Source of the DNA: Selaginella moellendorffii
Lineage: Eukaryota > Plantae > Lycopodiophyta
Assembly: GCF_000143415.4 (NCBI RefSeq)
Contig: NW_003314317.1
Span: 937,183 to 1,001,182 of the forward strand
DNA length: 64,000 bases
Reading direction: 5' to 3'
How positions within the stretch are numbered: position 1 is the first letter of the stretch; each line of letters opens with the position of its first letter. The notes under the pieces were generated by a model. The model was not told the DNA's origin. It made no database searches and saw nothing but the letters and a program-made list of their open reading frames with translations. The translations under genes and the position numbers were made by a program. Positions 33,847 through 47,700 of this stretch are shown in pieces.

Positions 33847-34870
33847 ATGGCGTCTCAAAGGTATGCGTTGAGTTTAGTTTCTTCTTCTTCTTTGGTTTTC
33901 TTACTCTCGTTGGTTTCTTCGGGCAAGGTGGTGGTCCAAAGATACTGTAGCGGTTGTGACGGGAGGGAACAAAGGTATTGGGTTTGAAATCGTAAGGCAA
34001 CTAGCAAAGAAAGGCATCAGTGTCGTGCTCACGGCGCGGGATGAGAAGCGAGGCCTGGCAGCGCAGGCAAAGCTTAAGTCCGAGAACTTGCATGTCGAGT
34101 TTCGGGAGCTTGATGTGAGCAGCAGCGATTCCGTGGCCGGCTTGGCCAGTTGGCTCGAGAAGGAGTACAAAGGTTTTGACATTCTGGTGAGCGTTTGCTG
34201 GATTCGGCATGATTTCTCGATCGTCACTCGTTTCGATTCAGGTGAACAATGCTGCCGTCGTTGGAAACGAGTTTAGTTTCCAAGCTGTGAAAAACCTCGT
34301 AGATACAAACTACGATGGCGTGAAGAGAACCACGCGAGTTTTATCGCCGCTACTTAGGCCCAGCCAAGCAGGAGCTCGGATCGTCAACATCAGCTCTCAA
34401 CTCGGCCAACTCCATGTAAGCTTTTCATTCCTAGACAGTTTTTTGAGTGATCAAGTTTCTTTTCTTCCATACAGAGGCTTGGCATTGAATCTTACAAAAA
34501 GAAACTCACAGACATAGAAAACCTGTCCAGCGAAGTGATCGATTCATTCGTGGACGACTACCTCTCCGCCGTGAGAGACGGCAAAGTGGAGGCCAGCGGT
34601 TGGCCGCGGGGCATTTTCGGAGCCTACACGGTCTCAAAGATTGCTCTCAACGCCTACACTCGCCTAGTCGCTCGAGACGTCCAGCGAGAAGGACGCCAGC
34701 TCTACGTTAACTGCGTCCATCCGGGCTACGTCAAGACGGACCTAAACAACAACCGAGGCTTTCTCTCCACCGAGCAAGGCGCGGACACCGCAGTGTGGCT
34801 TGCGCTCGTGCCTGCTAACGAGCAGAGCTCCGGGGATTTCTTCTACGAAAGGAAAAAGTACGAGTTCTAA
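33847..34870 (+). CDS. Short-chain dehydrogenase/reductase (carbonyl reductase / neomenthol-dehydrogenase-like)
   Basis: MASQR|WWSKDTVAVVTGGNKGIG..DIL|VNNA..RIVNISS..AYTVSK..VNCVHPGYVKTDL. Confidence 0.93.
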
Positions 34871-37697
34871 AGCTCATCAAGCTTTTATCAAGCTGCGTGG
34901 AAATGATCTAGATATGTTCATAGCTGAGTAAATTATTGTACAAGATATTTAAATGAATGTTTATTTTGTTGTCAGTGTTTATTCAGCATTACATTTTTCA
35001 GCTTAAAAGATAAAAATATGACAGGTATTTATATTTAACAGTTTTCAGATAAAATTATTTAATATCTCTTTAATTTATATTATTATAATAATAAAATAAT
35101 TTAGTAAGAAAATAAAAATAGATAACTTATTTATGATTTTTATTAAAATATATTTCATATATATATTCTATTTGAACTCTAAGTGTATGGATACAATGCC
35201 ATATACTATTAATGTAGTGGGATTTTGGTAGCCATCAAATTAGTTTCAATTTGGACTTCTCGCTTTTGTATATAAATTAAAGTTTTTGGGCTAATTGATA
35301 TGCACATTTTTTGTATTCCTTTTCTATATTCCATACACTTACATTAGTGGAAGTGAAGTGTACATTTAAGTGTCTCTAGATTTAGGATTTTAGTTTAGAT
35401 TTAACTTTTGCATTGTCTAGATTTAGCTTTTTCCATTTCCTTTTCTTTATTTTTTTTTTTTAGGATTTTGATTTAGATCTATCTTTTGTATTGTCTAAAT
35501 CACCCTTTCCTTCTAGTTTTTTTTTTCATTTCTTTTTTTTTACTCTTTCTTTTTCATTCATCTTCATGCCAAATTAGCAATCTCCTCCTCATTTAACTCT
35601 AGAGCAATAGTTAGTGCAATTCTTGATGCTATGCAATTGCAATTGAACAACTAAACTCAATTGATGGCAGCATTCATGGCACATGGTACAATTCCTTTTG
35701 CTCTTAGTGCCAATCCTCACATTTCGCTAGAGTTCTTTTGCAGGAATCCTAGGGATGATGTGTACCATTGGTTAAATCATTTCACGGTGATTGCTATATA
35801 TCATTCTTGGGATGATATTCGACATTTGTGTGAGTTTTTAATGTGTTTCTAAGGGACGGCATTACAATGGTATAATGGTTTGAGTGCAACCACTTGTAGG
35901 GATTGAAGTGTTCTCTCATACATCTTTAAACATGCATTTGAACATGCCGACGATTGTGATGATGCCTTTCAACAATTGTATCGTTTTCATCAAAGGCCAT
36001 TTGAGACGGTGATGCAATTTGGCATTTATTTTCAAAGCCTCTTGCTTCGTGCAGAGCAAATATGTTGGAGCAGATCAAGTTAGGAATGTTGTAGCTAGCA
36101 CTTCGTCAAGATCTTATCAAACTTGTGCATGCATTTGCTTTAACCACCCTTGACAATGCTCTTCGCTTAGCACAATATTATGAGATGTTGCCTCTTTCGC
36201 TTCTCATTGCACGTCCTTTAACTCCACTTCATGTGGGTGATAGTCTTGTTCCCATAGAGGTTGATGCTACTGCTACTCGAGTCCAAGGACAAGAGCAAGG
36301 ACATGGTCATGGCTGTGATGTTTGTTGCTGGGCGTGTGATGAAGTTAGTCACACTTATCGGCGTTGTCGGCATTTTCCAAATTGGCAACTTCCATTTCCT
36401 GGATCTATTGGTGCTGCTGTAGTGGAAGTTTTGAACACCGAGATGCATCTAGGAAATGAGGAGTCGCACAAGTAATGGAAGGACCTTGCACGAATAAGTT
36501 AGTGATCCTTCCATCTTTCTTTCAGTAGTATCATCAAGGGGTTCACTCGGCACTAGTTCATCTAGTGTTTACTTTCTAAGTTCATTTTTATAACTAAAAG
36601 TCTTCTATTATTTTCTCCGTGTTGATTGATACAAGTTTGAATTTATCTTCTATTGCTCAACCTATTGCTACACATTGCCATCTACATTTGCATCGTGCGG
36701 TAGAGGCAGTTTTCATTCTTTATGGCAACGGCCATACACATACATGTGTATGGGATGAGGCGAACCTAGTTGTGTGTAGGCGATCTCGAGTTTGGGTTGT
36801 AGTCATTGCAAGTGGTGCCAAGTCAAACTTTTAATTTCATCCTTGGTATGGATTGATTACAGCACAATCATGCCAAATATAATTTTGAAGCTTCTCCCCC
36901 TTGTCTCATTCTTTTTTATATTTCATCCATTCCTCTCACTTTTGTACTTTTTCATTCCTTTGCTTTTACCTTTGTTTCCATTACTTTTGTTTTTCCACTA
37001 CTTCCTCCTATGTTTCTATTTTGTTTCACTCTTCCCTTTTCCGATCCCTCCGATAGTCTTTGTGTTGCAATAATTAACTGGCTCATGAAGGAGTATACCA
37101 ATCTCTTTGAATTTGACCTATCATCTGGGGTTAAGATTGCCATATGTCATCCGATTCCAACTGGGGATGCTTATCTAATCAAGGTTTCTGTTCATTGTTA
37201 GTCACTCAAAGAGATCAAGGTTTTATATACAAATGTCAAAAATATGTTGGAAAAAGGTGTTATTAAAAAGTCGTAGAGTCTTTAAGCATATGAACCTCAT
37301 TTTGTGATAAAGCCTGATGGGAGTATTCATTTTTGCATCGACTATTGTCTATTAAACAAAGTGACAATCACAGATATGTACCCTCTTCCTCATATTACTA
37401 ATATTTTAGGTCGTCTGGGAAGAAGTTGATATTTCACCAAACTAAATCTTGCTTTTGGGTACTAGCAAGTACCGATGGCTGAAGAAGATATTCCTAAGAT
37501 TGCTTTTTGTACACCATGTGGTTTGTATGAGTTCTTGGTGATGCCATTTGGTTTGAATAATATTCCAGCAACTTTTCAGCAGATGATGAATGAGGTTCTT
37601 TGTGATATGCTAGAAGTGACTATTGACTTCATTGATGATGTTTTGATCCACTCGGAGGGGATATGGGAGGAATACATCTGTGATATTCGTAAAGTGC

Positions 37698-38140
37698 TCA
37701 TGAGCCCTTTCCCTCTATATTTGAACCCTTATAGATTGTCTTTCGAGTTGTTCCCTTTGGTTACTTACAATTCACCACGCTTCCCTATAAGTTCACGCCC
37801 TCGTGAACGGAAGCTGAGAGCTATAGCTCTCTTAAGAGCGGCTCTCTTGACACCCTAAATTAGACCTGTCAAATGTCAATCAATATGTGGTGTGATTCCC
37901 TTAGTCAGCCAATAAAGTTGGACTTAAGACCCTTTTGATACCAAATGTAAACTTCTGAATTTAGACTTTTTGGGAGGTTATCTAGCCCAATATTATTCAA
38001 ACCCAAAGACGCATAACCCTAAGTATCCCAAGACCCTTAACCGATTGAAAAAGGGGGTGCACTTTTATTCATGGGCCCTTTCCCTCTATATTTAAACCCT
38101 TATGGATCATCTCTTGAGTCATTCCCTTTAGTTTTTTACA
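37698..38140 (-). mobile_element. TRIM-like miniature LTR element nested in the outer pol
   Basis: LTR 37946-38140 (TGTA...TACA); partial second LTR ending 37769; PBS-Met-like tttgatacca next to 37946; PPT-like tcaccacgcttccc after 37769. Confidence 0.72.
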
Positions 38141-38885
38141 ATGATTATATTGCCGTTACTTCATTATTGAAGATGAAGAACTTAGTTGGTTGTACTGCTC
38201 AGTGGGTTTTGAAGCTTCAGATATATGATTTTGATGTTATTTATCGCCTAGGGAGTTCTATGGCTGATGTTAATGCCCTTTCTTTAGCTCCTCTTCCTTC
38301 TTCACTCTCTTCTCATGTTTCTTATGAGCCTGTTGTTCTAGCATCTATGGATTTTCTTGACAAAGATTCTGTGCCATCGGCGGTTGCTATGCCTAATGTT
38401 CAGTGTCCACAAGGTGCAAAGCAAGATCTACCTTCTCTTGATAAGGTTCACGAGGCTCAAAAAATTGAACTGTAGATTCGAAGGCTTCGAGATGGGTTTG
38501 AGAATCCTGCATCACTTGCTGATGACTTGCCATTCTAACATTTACATTCTCAATATAGCCTTGAAGATAACCTTCTTTATTTTGTGGGGACAGCTCCTAA
38601 TGATCCTTTACGGCTAGTGGTGCCTTCCATCTTTATTCCACGGTTTCTCCATGTCTACCATGATTCTTTTATTTTATGTGGGCATATGGGACATCGTTAT
38701 GTGACCGAGAAGCTGTGTAGGTCTTTTATTAGCCAGAGATGCTACAAGATATTATTTAGTATGTGTGTAACTGCGTTTGGTGTCAAGCTCATAATACTCC
38801 CTCTCGTGCCGCGGAAGGACAGTTGGAGTTAATTACAGTTTCCCGTCCATTTGAGTTGGTGGCATTTGATCTTATGGGACCTTTT

Positions 38886-41800
38886 TGTAAGCCACAAATT
38901 TTTCCTTTTCAATTTGCCAGCTTACCTTGTCTATCGTCCAACACTGCCTTGGTTTTGNNNNNNNNNNNNNNNNNNNNNNNNNNNNNNNNNNNNNNNNNNN
39001 NNNNNNNNNNNNNNNNNNNNNNNNNNNNNNNNNNNNNNNNNNNNNNNNNNNNNNNNNCCCCCCCCCGGGCCAAAGCAGTTAAGCCCCCCAAGTTTCCAAG
39101 TTCCTAACACCCCTGGGTCCCCCAAGGTTTAATCAGGGGCCCCTTTAAATCCCAATTTTGGGGGGCAACCCTTTTTTGGGGACCCGGGGGGGAAACCCCG
39201 GGGCAAAACGCCCCGGTAAAGGTACTTTTACCCCCCCCTTTCCTTCCAAAAGGGAAGGCCCAACCCCCTGGGAGGGGGGGGGCCCAATGGCCCCCAAAGT
39301 CCCCAAGGGGGGCCCCCCCCCCATGACCCGGGGGCCCCCCAATCGGTTTCCCTTTGGGGGGGGGTTGCTCCTTTGGAGCCCTTCCTGGGGGGGCCCCTTT
39401 AGCCCCCCCGGGGTCCATGTTCATTCCCCCCCAAGGCCCCTGGGCCCCAGTTTCAACCCCAAGTCAGTTGGGAAGCCCCCCGGGGGGGTTCCTCCAAGAT
39501 TGGTTCCGGGGCCCCCCTATCCCTATTAAATTTTGGGAACCCCCGGGAGGGGCCCCCCCCCCCCCCCCCCCCCCCGCTAGGAGACGCATGCTTTGGGCTT
39601 TCACCCCTTGACCTGTATTAGTACTCAGACTCAGTCTCGGGCTCGATCTCGAACTCGATCTCAGACCCGACTTCGAATTCAGTCTCAGACTCGATCTCAA
39701 ACTTGATCTTGGACCCAATCTTGGACTTGACTTCGGACACGGTCTTGGACCCGATTCTCGAATCTTAGACTCCGTCTCGAACTCGGTCTCCGAGTCGGCC
39801 TCAGACTTGATTCTGGACTTTATCTCAAACTCGGTCTTCGAGTCGGTATTCGACTTGATCTTAGACTCGATCCCATCCGATGAACTCTTTGTCATTTTGG
39901 TCATGCTTTCGGGGATCCTTTAGCCTACGACACCTTGGGGAGTTGGTTCCTTACAACTCCACCACCCATAGAAGAAGTTCGATGCCCACATCAAACGTCT
40001 CTTTTTATCCTATGATTTATTGACCATGTCTCCGAGGGCATCCCCCCATTTAACGGTGTGCCTAAGTTAGCCTCCCTGACCAAGAGCCCATGACAACGGA
40101 ATATAAGTGTCCCTATACTCCTCACCCCACCACGCCCTAGTATGGGGTTGGGACTTGAACCCAACCTTGCTTTACTAGGGGGTTGGGACTCGAACCCAAC
40201 CTTTGTAGAATACATCTACGGATTTGACATCCCCGTGGGGAGTCGGGCGTAGTTCTTTACGCTTGGTCGACCTAGTTAACCCATGCTAATTAGCTTACCT
40301 TTGGCGCACCTTCGGGTCCTAACATATGCCATTGCTCAACTTCACAAATTGATACTTTAATTGAACTTTGCATAAGTACATAGAGTTCTGCCTTGCAGAA
40401 ATTCCTCCACTAAATCTTGCGCATTCGCTAGGTTCTCCTTTAGTTCCCATGTTGCTTCATAGTGTGGAAATCCTTTCCACTTTACATGGAACTCTCTCAC
40501 CTCACGTCCTTGTCGCTTGCTTTTGCGCGCATTGAGGATGGCTTCAACTTCGTATTCTTCTTCCCTTTGGATAACCTTAGGTAAATGCCTTACTTGGTCC
40601 TTGCAAAGCGGATCCTCAAAGTACGGCTTGAGTAAGTTCACGTGGAACACTGGGTGCATTTTCCCCATCTCTCGAGGAAGTCGAAGACGGTAAACCACTT
40701 TACCGATTCGTGCCTCGATCTCATAAAGCCCCACGAACCTGCTTAAGGAACTCAAGATCAGTTCATTTACGGGATACATACATTTTTACCTTTGGGTCAA
40801 CTTCCGGCTGATCCCACTTAATAGCCTAAGGTTCTTGGTGTTCAACCACACCTTCTCCCCAGCTTGGAACTCTATATCCCAACATTTTTGGTTCGCGTAC
40901 TTGGTTTGCCTTTGTTGAGCTCGTTCCAAGGAATCCCTCACTAGATTCTAAATGTTGAGTCTTTCCGCCGTGAATGCCTCCACTGCGGATAACTCTCCAT
41001 GATACTCGGCCATACCGAGCTCCACAAGACCTTCAATAACTTGCCCATTGATGACTTCCCATGGACTCACCCTGATACTCGAATGTAGTGAATTGTTATA
41101 ACACATTTCCATAAGTCCCAAATGACTTCCCAATCGGTCTAGTCTCCCGAGACATAGCATCACAAATAATCCTCTAGCTGCCTATTCACCCTTTCCGTTT
41201 GTCCGTCTATCAAGAAGTGTTAATGCCATCAAAATTGACTTAATACCCCATACCTGTCTGTGGGTGATAGGCTGTGCCGAATTTCAACTTGGTGCGATAC
41301 TGTTTTAAGAGAGTTCTCTAGAACCTACTGGTGAAGATCTTATCTCGATCTGAGATAATCTCTTCTGGCCTTCCCCACACTTGAACTACTTGTTTGAAGA
41401 ACAGTTTCGCCACACCTTCCGCATCCACTTCCGTTGTGGTGGGTATGAAATGTGACATCTTCAAAAATCGGTCCACCACCACGAATATCGCATCGAACCC
41501 CCTGCTTGGGGGGAGTCCCGTGATGAAGTCCATCGTAAGACATTTCCACGGACGATCTGGAATTGGGATGCTTTGCAACAAGCCCCCACTAGCCTTAGTT
41601 ACGGCTTTGACCTGCTGACATGTTGGACATGTCTTTACATAGTCTTAGACGTCCTTAGCCATATTTGGCCAGTGATACTTCCTCTTGAGTAAGCCCATCG
41701 TCTTGGGCACTCTACCATGTCCCGCAAAAGGTCCGTCATGACACTCCTCTAAGGCTACCTTTCTTAGTTCCCCTTTTGGGACATATACCCTCATTTGCTT

Positions 41801-44800
41801 GTAATAGATGAGTCCATTGAGTTTTGCATAGCCTGTTTTCTCTTCCGTTGGCAGCTCACCTCTCTAATGAGCTTCCCGTGCTTCCAGATTCTACAGCAAC
41901 ACTTCTTGTGCTAGACCATTGTTCTCATATGCTGTCCGCACATCATCCCAAAAGGTTGCTGTTGCGCTGGATATCACCAACTTCAAGCTCGCTTTTCGAC
42001 TTAGCACATCTGCCACAATGTTGCTATTCTCAGCTTGTACAGAATCTCGCAATCAAACTTGGCCAAAGCATTGGCCCACCGACCTTGTTTCCCCCTCAAG
42101 TCGGGCTGTGATAAGAAGTGTTTCGTTGCCACATTGTCTGTGTAAACCTTGAAGTGTCTCCCAAGGTAGTGTCGCCACTCCTTGAGTGCCTTGACCACCG
42201 CAAACAATTCTTTCTTGTGGGCAGGACACTTCTGTTGAGCCTTGTCTAACTTCTTCGAGAAAAATGCTACTGGGTGATTGTCTTGCTTCAAAACTGTGCC
42301 CAACACAAAGTCTGAAGCATCTGTTTCTACCTCAAAGTCCTTACCAAAGTCTAGTAATGCCAACACGGGAGCTTTCCTCAACTTCCCTTTGAGATGGACA
42401 AATGTCGCCTTGCATTCCGCTATCCATACCATCTTCCCTTTTCCTGTTTGGTCCGTTAAGGGCAAAGCTACTCTTGAATAGTGTTTGATAAACTTTCAAT
42501 ATTAGTTGCATAGCCCCAGAAATGCCCTTAACTCATGTACATTCGATGGTTGCTCCCAATCCTGGATTGCTTGGACCTTCTCAGGGTCCACTTTGAGCCC
42601 GTCCTTGCCCACCACATGCCCGAAAAACTTTACCACTTGTTGAGTAAAGTCACATTTGCTCTCTTTAGCATACAGCTGGTGTTCCCTTAGTTTCTCAAAC
42701 ATCTTTGTCAAGTGTTCGGCATGCTCTTCTAGCATTTCGCTATAGATCAGGATGTCGTCAATATAGATGACCATAAAATGATCTAGATAGGGTACAAAGA
42801 TGTGGTTCATCAACGTTGAAAACGTTGCCGGCACATTGCATAGCCCAAAGGGCATTACCAGAAACTCAAAGCTCCCATACCTTGTTTGACAGGTTGTCTT
42901 CTCGACATCTTCCTCTACTACCTTAATCTGGTAGTATTTTGACCTTAGGTCAATCTTCGAGAAGTATTTTGCCTTTCCCAACCTATCGAACAAATCCTCA
43001 ATCCTTGGCAAAGGGTACTTGTTCTTCTTTGTATACTTGTTGAGCAACCGGTAGTCTATGCACATGCGCATAGATCCATCTTTCTTTTTCACAAATAACA
43101 TTAGCGCCCCATACGGTGACTTGCTCAACCTAACATACCCTTTGTCCACCAACTCCTCTAGTTAGCACTTGAGCTCCTCGAGTTGTTTTTCGTTCAAACG
43201 ATAGAGGGGACGAACCACCACCTTAGCACCCTCGACTAGCTCAATCTTATGTTCTATCGGTCGTGCGGGGGGCAATTCTGCTGGTAGCTCCTCCAGCATG
43301 GTATCCTGGAATTGGTCCAACACCCACTAGATCACTAAAGGTACTTCTTCTGTTCCCGTCTTTTTGTCACTCTTCACCAAGAGTAAGCACAAAAAAGCTG
43401 TCTTGGTTCCTTTAGTGAGTTGTCCTCTCGTGGACACCAAATTTAGGCAGGAATCCTTGGCCTTGCATTGCCCTACCTTTAGATCCTGGGCCTCCACCTT
43501 GGATCTTCTTCCTTGGGCATTCGCTAGTACCACAAGGTTCCTACCTTGTCCATGTAGGGCTACCACGAACCAATTGAACCAATCCATTCCAAAGATCACG
43601 TTAAATCCCGCCATGTCCAATATAATGAAATCCATATCTACTTTCCATATCCCTACTTCGACTCTCGCTTGTCGAAGTACCTCATCGGTGTTTTGGCTAC
43701 CTTGAACAAACTCTATAGTCCTTGGTTCGCCTAGCCGCTACACCGTTAGTCCGGCTTGCCAAACTATGTCTGCAGCCACAAAATTATCCGAAGCACCCGT
43801 GTCAATAAGGATTTTAACAAAGCTACCTCCGAGCTTCCCTTGAAGGGCTAGTAGATGTCGCGAACGACTCTCTACCAAAGTTGCTCGTGTAATGAGTAAC
43901 TTTGAGCTAGGGACTGGGTCATATACCTCAGTTTGGATATCACCCGACTTAATGACCATATTGGCTTTGGCCTTCTTTGGATAGGGACATTCCCTCGAAA
44001 AGTGTTTCGCTTCACCGCAGTTGTAGCATATGTTGTTTCCCACGCTGCTAAATGACATGACTTTTTTATCCATGGGTTTGTCTCTTTTTGCTTGACTCTC
44101 CCACGTACTCACTCGCTGGCCACCAGATTTGCCTTTCTGAAACCCTAAGGACTCATTCTTAGAGAAACTCTTCTTGAATTTCCCTTTGCTATACGTTCCC
44201 CTTGGTTTGGCCCCTTTGCTAAATGTGGACCCTGACCCCGTCGTGTTCCCCTTTTGTAAGTTATCATTAAAATGCACCTTGATGGCCGCATCCAACGCTT
44301 CCTTGTAGTTCATCGGGTTCCAGCGCATCATCTCACCGCAAGCCCAGGTTTGCAAACCTGATATGAAGGCATGGAACGCATCTATATCCCCCATGTCTGT
44401 GACAAGTATCCTCTTTGCCATAAACCCATTCACATACTCCTGAATGGTTCCAGTCTGCTTCAGCCTACTCAGCTTGTCTCTTAGATGCAGAGTAGCATTC
44501 GGAGGAACGTAAGTTGCGCGGATCCTCGCCTTCATCATGTCCCAAGTGGCCACCGGTCCTTTGTTGGCCTTCGTCGTTCTCCACCAAGACTTGGCATTAT
44601 CTGCCAAATATGGTTTTGCACATGGGACCTTCTCTGAGCTCGGTAATCGCAACGCTCAGAAGTAGTCCTCCATATCGTAAAACCAATCTTCCACCACCTT
44701 ATAGTCATTTACTCCCTTGAAGACCGGTGGGGGCTTTGGTTTGTACTTGGGAATTACCTAAAGGACTGATTGCACTTCGGTCTGTTTGACCTTGTTCGGT

Positions 44801-46280
44801 TCTGCCTCAGTCCCTACCGAAGGGTCCGCATCTTCTGTGCTACCAGCATCCGCAGTCTTTCGCTTTTTTTTCCACTTCTCGTCACGCTTTAGCTTGCGTA
44901 CGAGAATCTCCAGCAGGGCATTAGTCTATGCCAATTGTCCTTCTAGAACATCCAATCGAGCCTTAGACGATCGAACCTCACCACCAAACTCCTGTTTGGA
45001 AGTTTCCTCACTGGAGTCCTCCTCATGCAGGGATTCCTCATCCATAGCCTCTTGTTCGACCGGAGGCTCCAGCTCTGGAGGAGGTTCCGTCTCCACTTTG
45101 GTTCGCTTCTGCCCTGCCTTTGCCATCTCCCAGCAATCCGCCTCTATCCTTTGCTAGAACTGAGGAAAAGGCTCCGATACCAAATTGTAAGCATAAATTT
45201 TTCTTTTCCAATTTGCCAGCTTACCTCGTCTACCCATCCAACACTGCCTTGGCTTTTGCTAAGTTCCCTCGCCAAGGTTCCCGCCTATAGTACCAGCCCC
45301 TACTTGGTCTTACTTGGTTTCAGCTACTCACTGCACGAGCAACAGAGTGTTAGCCATCCATCCATGGATTCCCAAATCTCTCTCAATCCCCCTCCCCGGG
45401 TTAGACTAGATTTAAGGTTTGGCTAGGCACAAGCAGCCAAGCACACCAAGCCTCCAAGTTCCTAACATCCCTTGGTACCACAAGACTTGATCATGGGACC
45501 CTCTAAATCCCAAGTCTTGGGTGCAACACTTGCTTCGGGACACTGTGGCCTAACAGCCCGGTATGGGTACCTCTACCCCCCTCACTTCCATCCCGAAGGG
45601 AAGGCCTAAGCCCCTAGGAAGGGCGAGGACCAATAAGCCATAAGGTACTTAAATGGGGCACCACTCCACATAAGCCGAGAGCACCGCAATCGGTTTCCCT
45701 TTCGGGAGTGGTTGCTACTCTTGAACACTTCCTTGGGTGGCCCCTCTAGCACCACCTGAGTCCATGCTCACTCCCACCCAAGGCCCCTCGGCCCCAGTCT
45801 CAACCTCAAGTCAGTTTGGAAGCACCACTGGAGAGTTCCTTCAAGACTGGTTTCTGGACCTCACTATCCCTATTATACTTTTGGAACCCCCTGCAGCCCC
45901 CCCCCCCCCCCCCCAAGGAAACGCACGCTTTGGGCTTTCACCCCTTGACCTGTATTAGTACTCGAACTCGGGCTTGGTCTCGATCTCGGACTCGATCTCG
46001 GACCCAACTTCGAATTCAGTCTTGGACCCGATCTCAGACTCGACTTTGGACTCGACTTCGGACTCGGTCTTGGACCCGATTCTCAGATCTCGGACTCCGC
46101 CTTGAACTCAGTCTCCGAGTCGTCCTTGGACTCGATTCCGGACTCTATCTCGAACTCAGTCTCAGAGTCGATCTTGGACTCGATCTCAGACTCGGTCCCA
46201 TCCGATGAACTCTTTGTCATTTTAGTCATGCTTTCGGGGATCCTTTAGCCTATGACACCTCGGGGAGTTGGTTCCTTACA
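38886..46280 (-). mobile_element. Full-length but disabled Ty3/gypsy chromovirus
   Basis: LTRs 38886-39955 and 45186-46280 (TGTAA...TTACA); 5-bp TSD CTTTT (38881-85 and 46281-85); PBS TGGTATCGGAGC; PPT. Gag with CYNCGEAKHFSREC knuckle, protease LIDTGA, RT YIDD, RNase H ETDASD, integrase MDFITGLP..SDRD, chromodomain YEVEAIL..VKWKGF..ATWE. Many stops and frameshifts. Confidence 0.96.
38958..39057. other. Assembly gap (100 N) followed by low-quality sequence to about 39580
   Basis: N run; 39058-39580 is a homopolymer-inflated version of the LTR segment 45420-45915. Confidence 0.95.
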
Positions 46281-47289
46281 CTTTTCCACGATCAACTGCT
46301 AACAATGAATATATTATTATTGCTTCTGATTATTTGACTTGTTGGGTGGAAGTTGGTGCTCTTGCTAGCGCCTCTGTAACTACTGTTGAATACTTCCTCC
46401 TCAATCAAGTGGTGTTCCAGCATTCTTGTCTGGAGCAAATTCTTTTGGATAATGGTCCCACATTTATGGCTGAGGCATTTCATGTTTTGACGTCTTGATT
46501 GGGGATATGCTACACTTTTACAAGTGCTTATCATTCACAGTCAAATAGTTTGGTGGAACGGCTTGTTTGGCCATTCAAAAGAATGATTGTGAAGTACGTA
46601 AACTTTGAGCATTCAGATTAGGATGGTTATTTGCTATTTCTTCGGTATGCATATGTCACAGAGGTGCAGAGTTATGTTGGTGCTTTACCATATAAACTCC
46701 TATATGGCCATGATCCAATATTACTAACAGATCTAGGTTTACCTTTGCAATTACCACGAGCTATCGATGCTAGGTCATGGGATCAATATTTGATGAGCAT
46801 TCTTCCACTTGGCCAAGCAAAGTTTGTTAAACACTTAAGCCGTATACAAGTGGGACAATAACTGTCCTACAACTCCCATCATTGTCCACCTACAGAGTAC
46901 AAAATGGATGATTTGGTGTTAGTTTGTTTTCCCCATCTTACAATACATGGTTTATTTAAACTCAGTAGAAAGGACTGTATTAGGTGTTGTGGCAAATTGG
47001 ACCACAAGTTTATGAGGTTCAACATAACGTTTAACAGGTCGAATTGTGCATGTGCAATGGTTGAAATGCTTTGTTCAAGGGGATCAAAAACAATTAATAC
47101 CACCTATAGATCTGCCGATACTTCCTTTTAACATTCCTCCAGATCCTAGCCCATCTATAAGAGAACTTTGATGGTTTTCCATTATTCCAAAAGGAGGGGA
47201 TGATGTGATGTTCAAGTGTATAATTACAATGCCATATACTAATATTAGCATAATAGGATTTTAGTAGTTGTTGAATTAGTTTCAATCGG

Positions 47290-47700
47290 AAAGAAATTGA
47301 AAAGATCAATTCCAGTTGCACTGTTTGTGCACCAGCACCATTGTGATCCATTTCAAGAAACATGCATTTCCCAGAGCTTTTCTTGCAAGAGATGGCAATG
47401 ATGGGACGAGCAAATGCGCTGGAAGGAAAGCTCAACCCCTAGCTGTCCCTGCCCAGGGAGAGCTGGGACTCGAGCTTTCTTTGCAAGAGATGAAGAAAAC
47501 TTTGGGATTTATAGTACTGCCTCTTCCAGCACGTTTGCTCGTCCCAGCATGCCCGGAAGTGTTCTATGCTTGGAGTGACACCAAACTTTGGGATCATTGC
47601 CTCAAACTGTTTCTTACCTTGGTGGATCAACTGCAAGCCGTGAGAATACACAGCAAAGTCACCTCGTTTGCTTGAATTCCTTCGTCTTGCATCCTCTCTT
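47290..47700. pseudogene. Gene fragments: 3' end of the Cys-rich peptide gene (+, 47290-47347) and a PPR C-terminal fragment (-, about 47560-47665)
   Basis: gaaagaaattgaa.agatcaattccagttgc.ctgt...tgtgcacc..caccattgtga duplicates 48460-48523. FAVYSHGLQLIHQGKKQFEAMIPKFGVTPSIEHFRAC resembles a terminal PLS motif. Confidence 0.7.

Larger units (their letters stand above)
35170..47290 (+). mobile_element. Degenerate outer Ty3/gypsy LTR retrotransposon (no chromodomain seen), hosting two nested insertions
   Basis: LTR copies at about 35170-35343 and 47204-47290 (truncated, preceded by PPT aggaggggatga). Decayed gag, protease-like VLIDT, RT ([26 protein letters not shown]). Integrase PFELVAFDLMGP|FPRST..DYLTCWVE..DNG is split at 38886/46281. 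Confidence 0.88.

Noticed and set aside
39058-39580. Gly/Pro-rich ORFs and extreme G/C runs
   Set aside because: Low-quality read next to the gap; a corrupted copy of LTR 45420-45915.
45816-46208. Arg/Ser-rich ORF, and its counterpart at 39464-39904
   Set aside because: Translation of the LTR hexamer array, not a gene.
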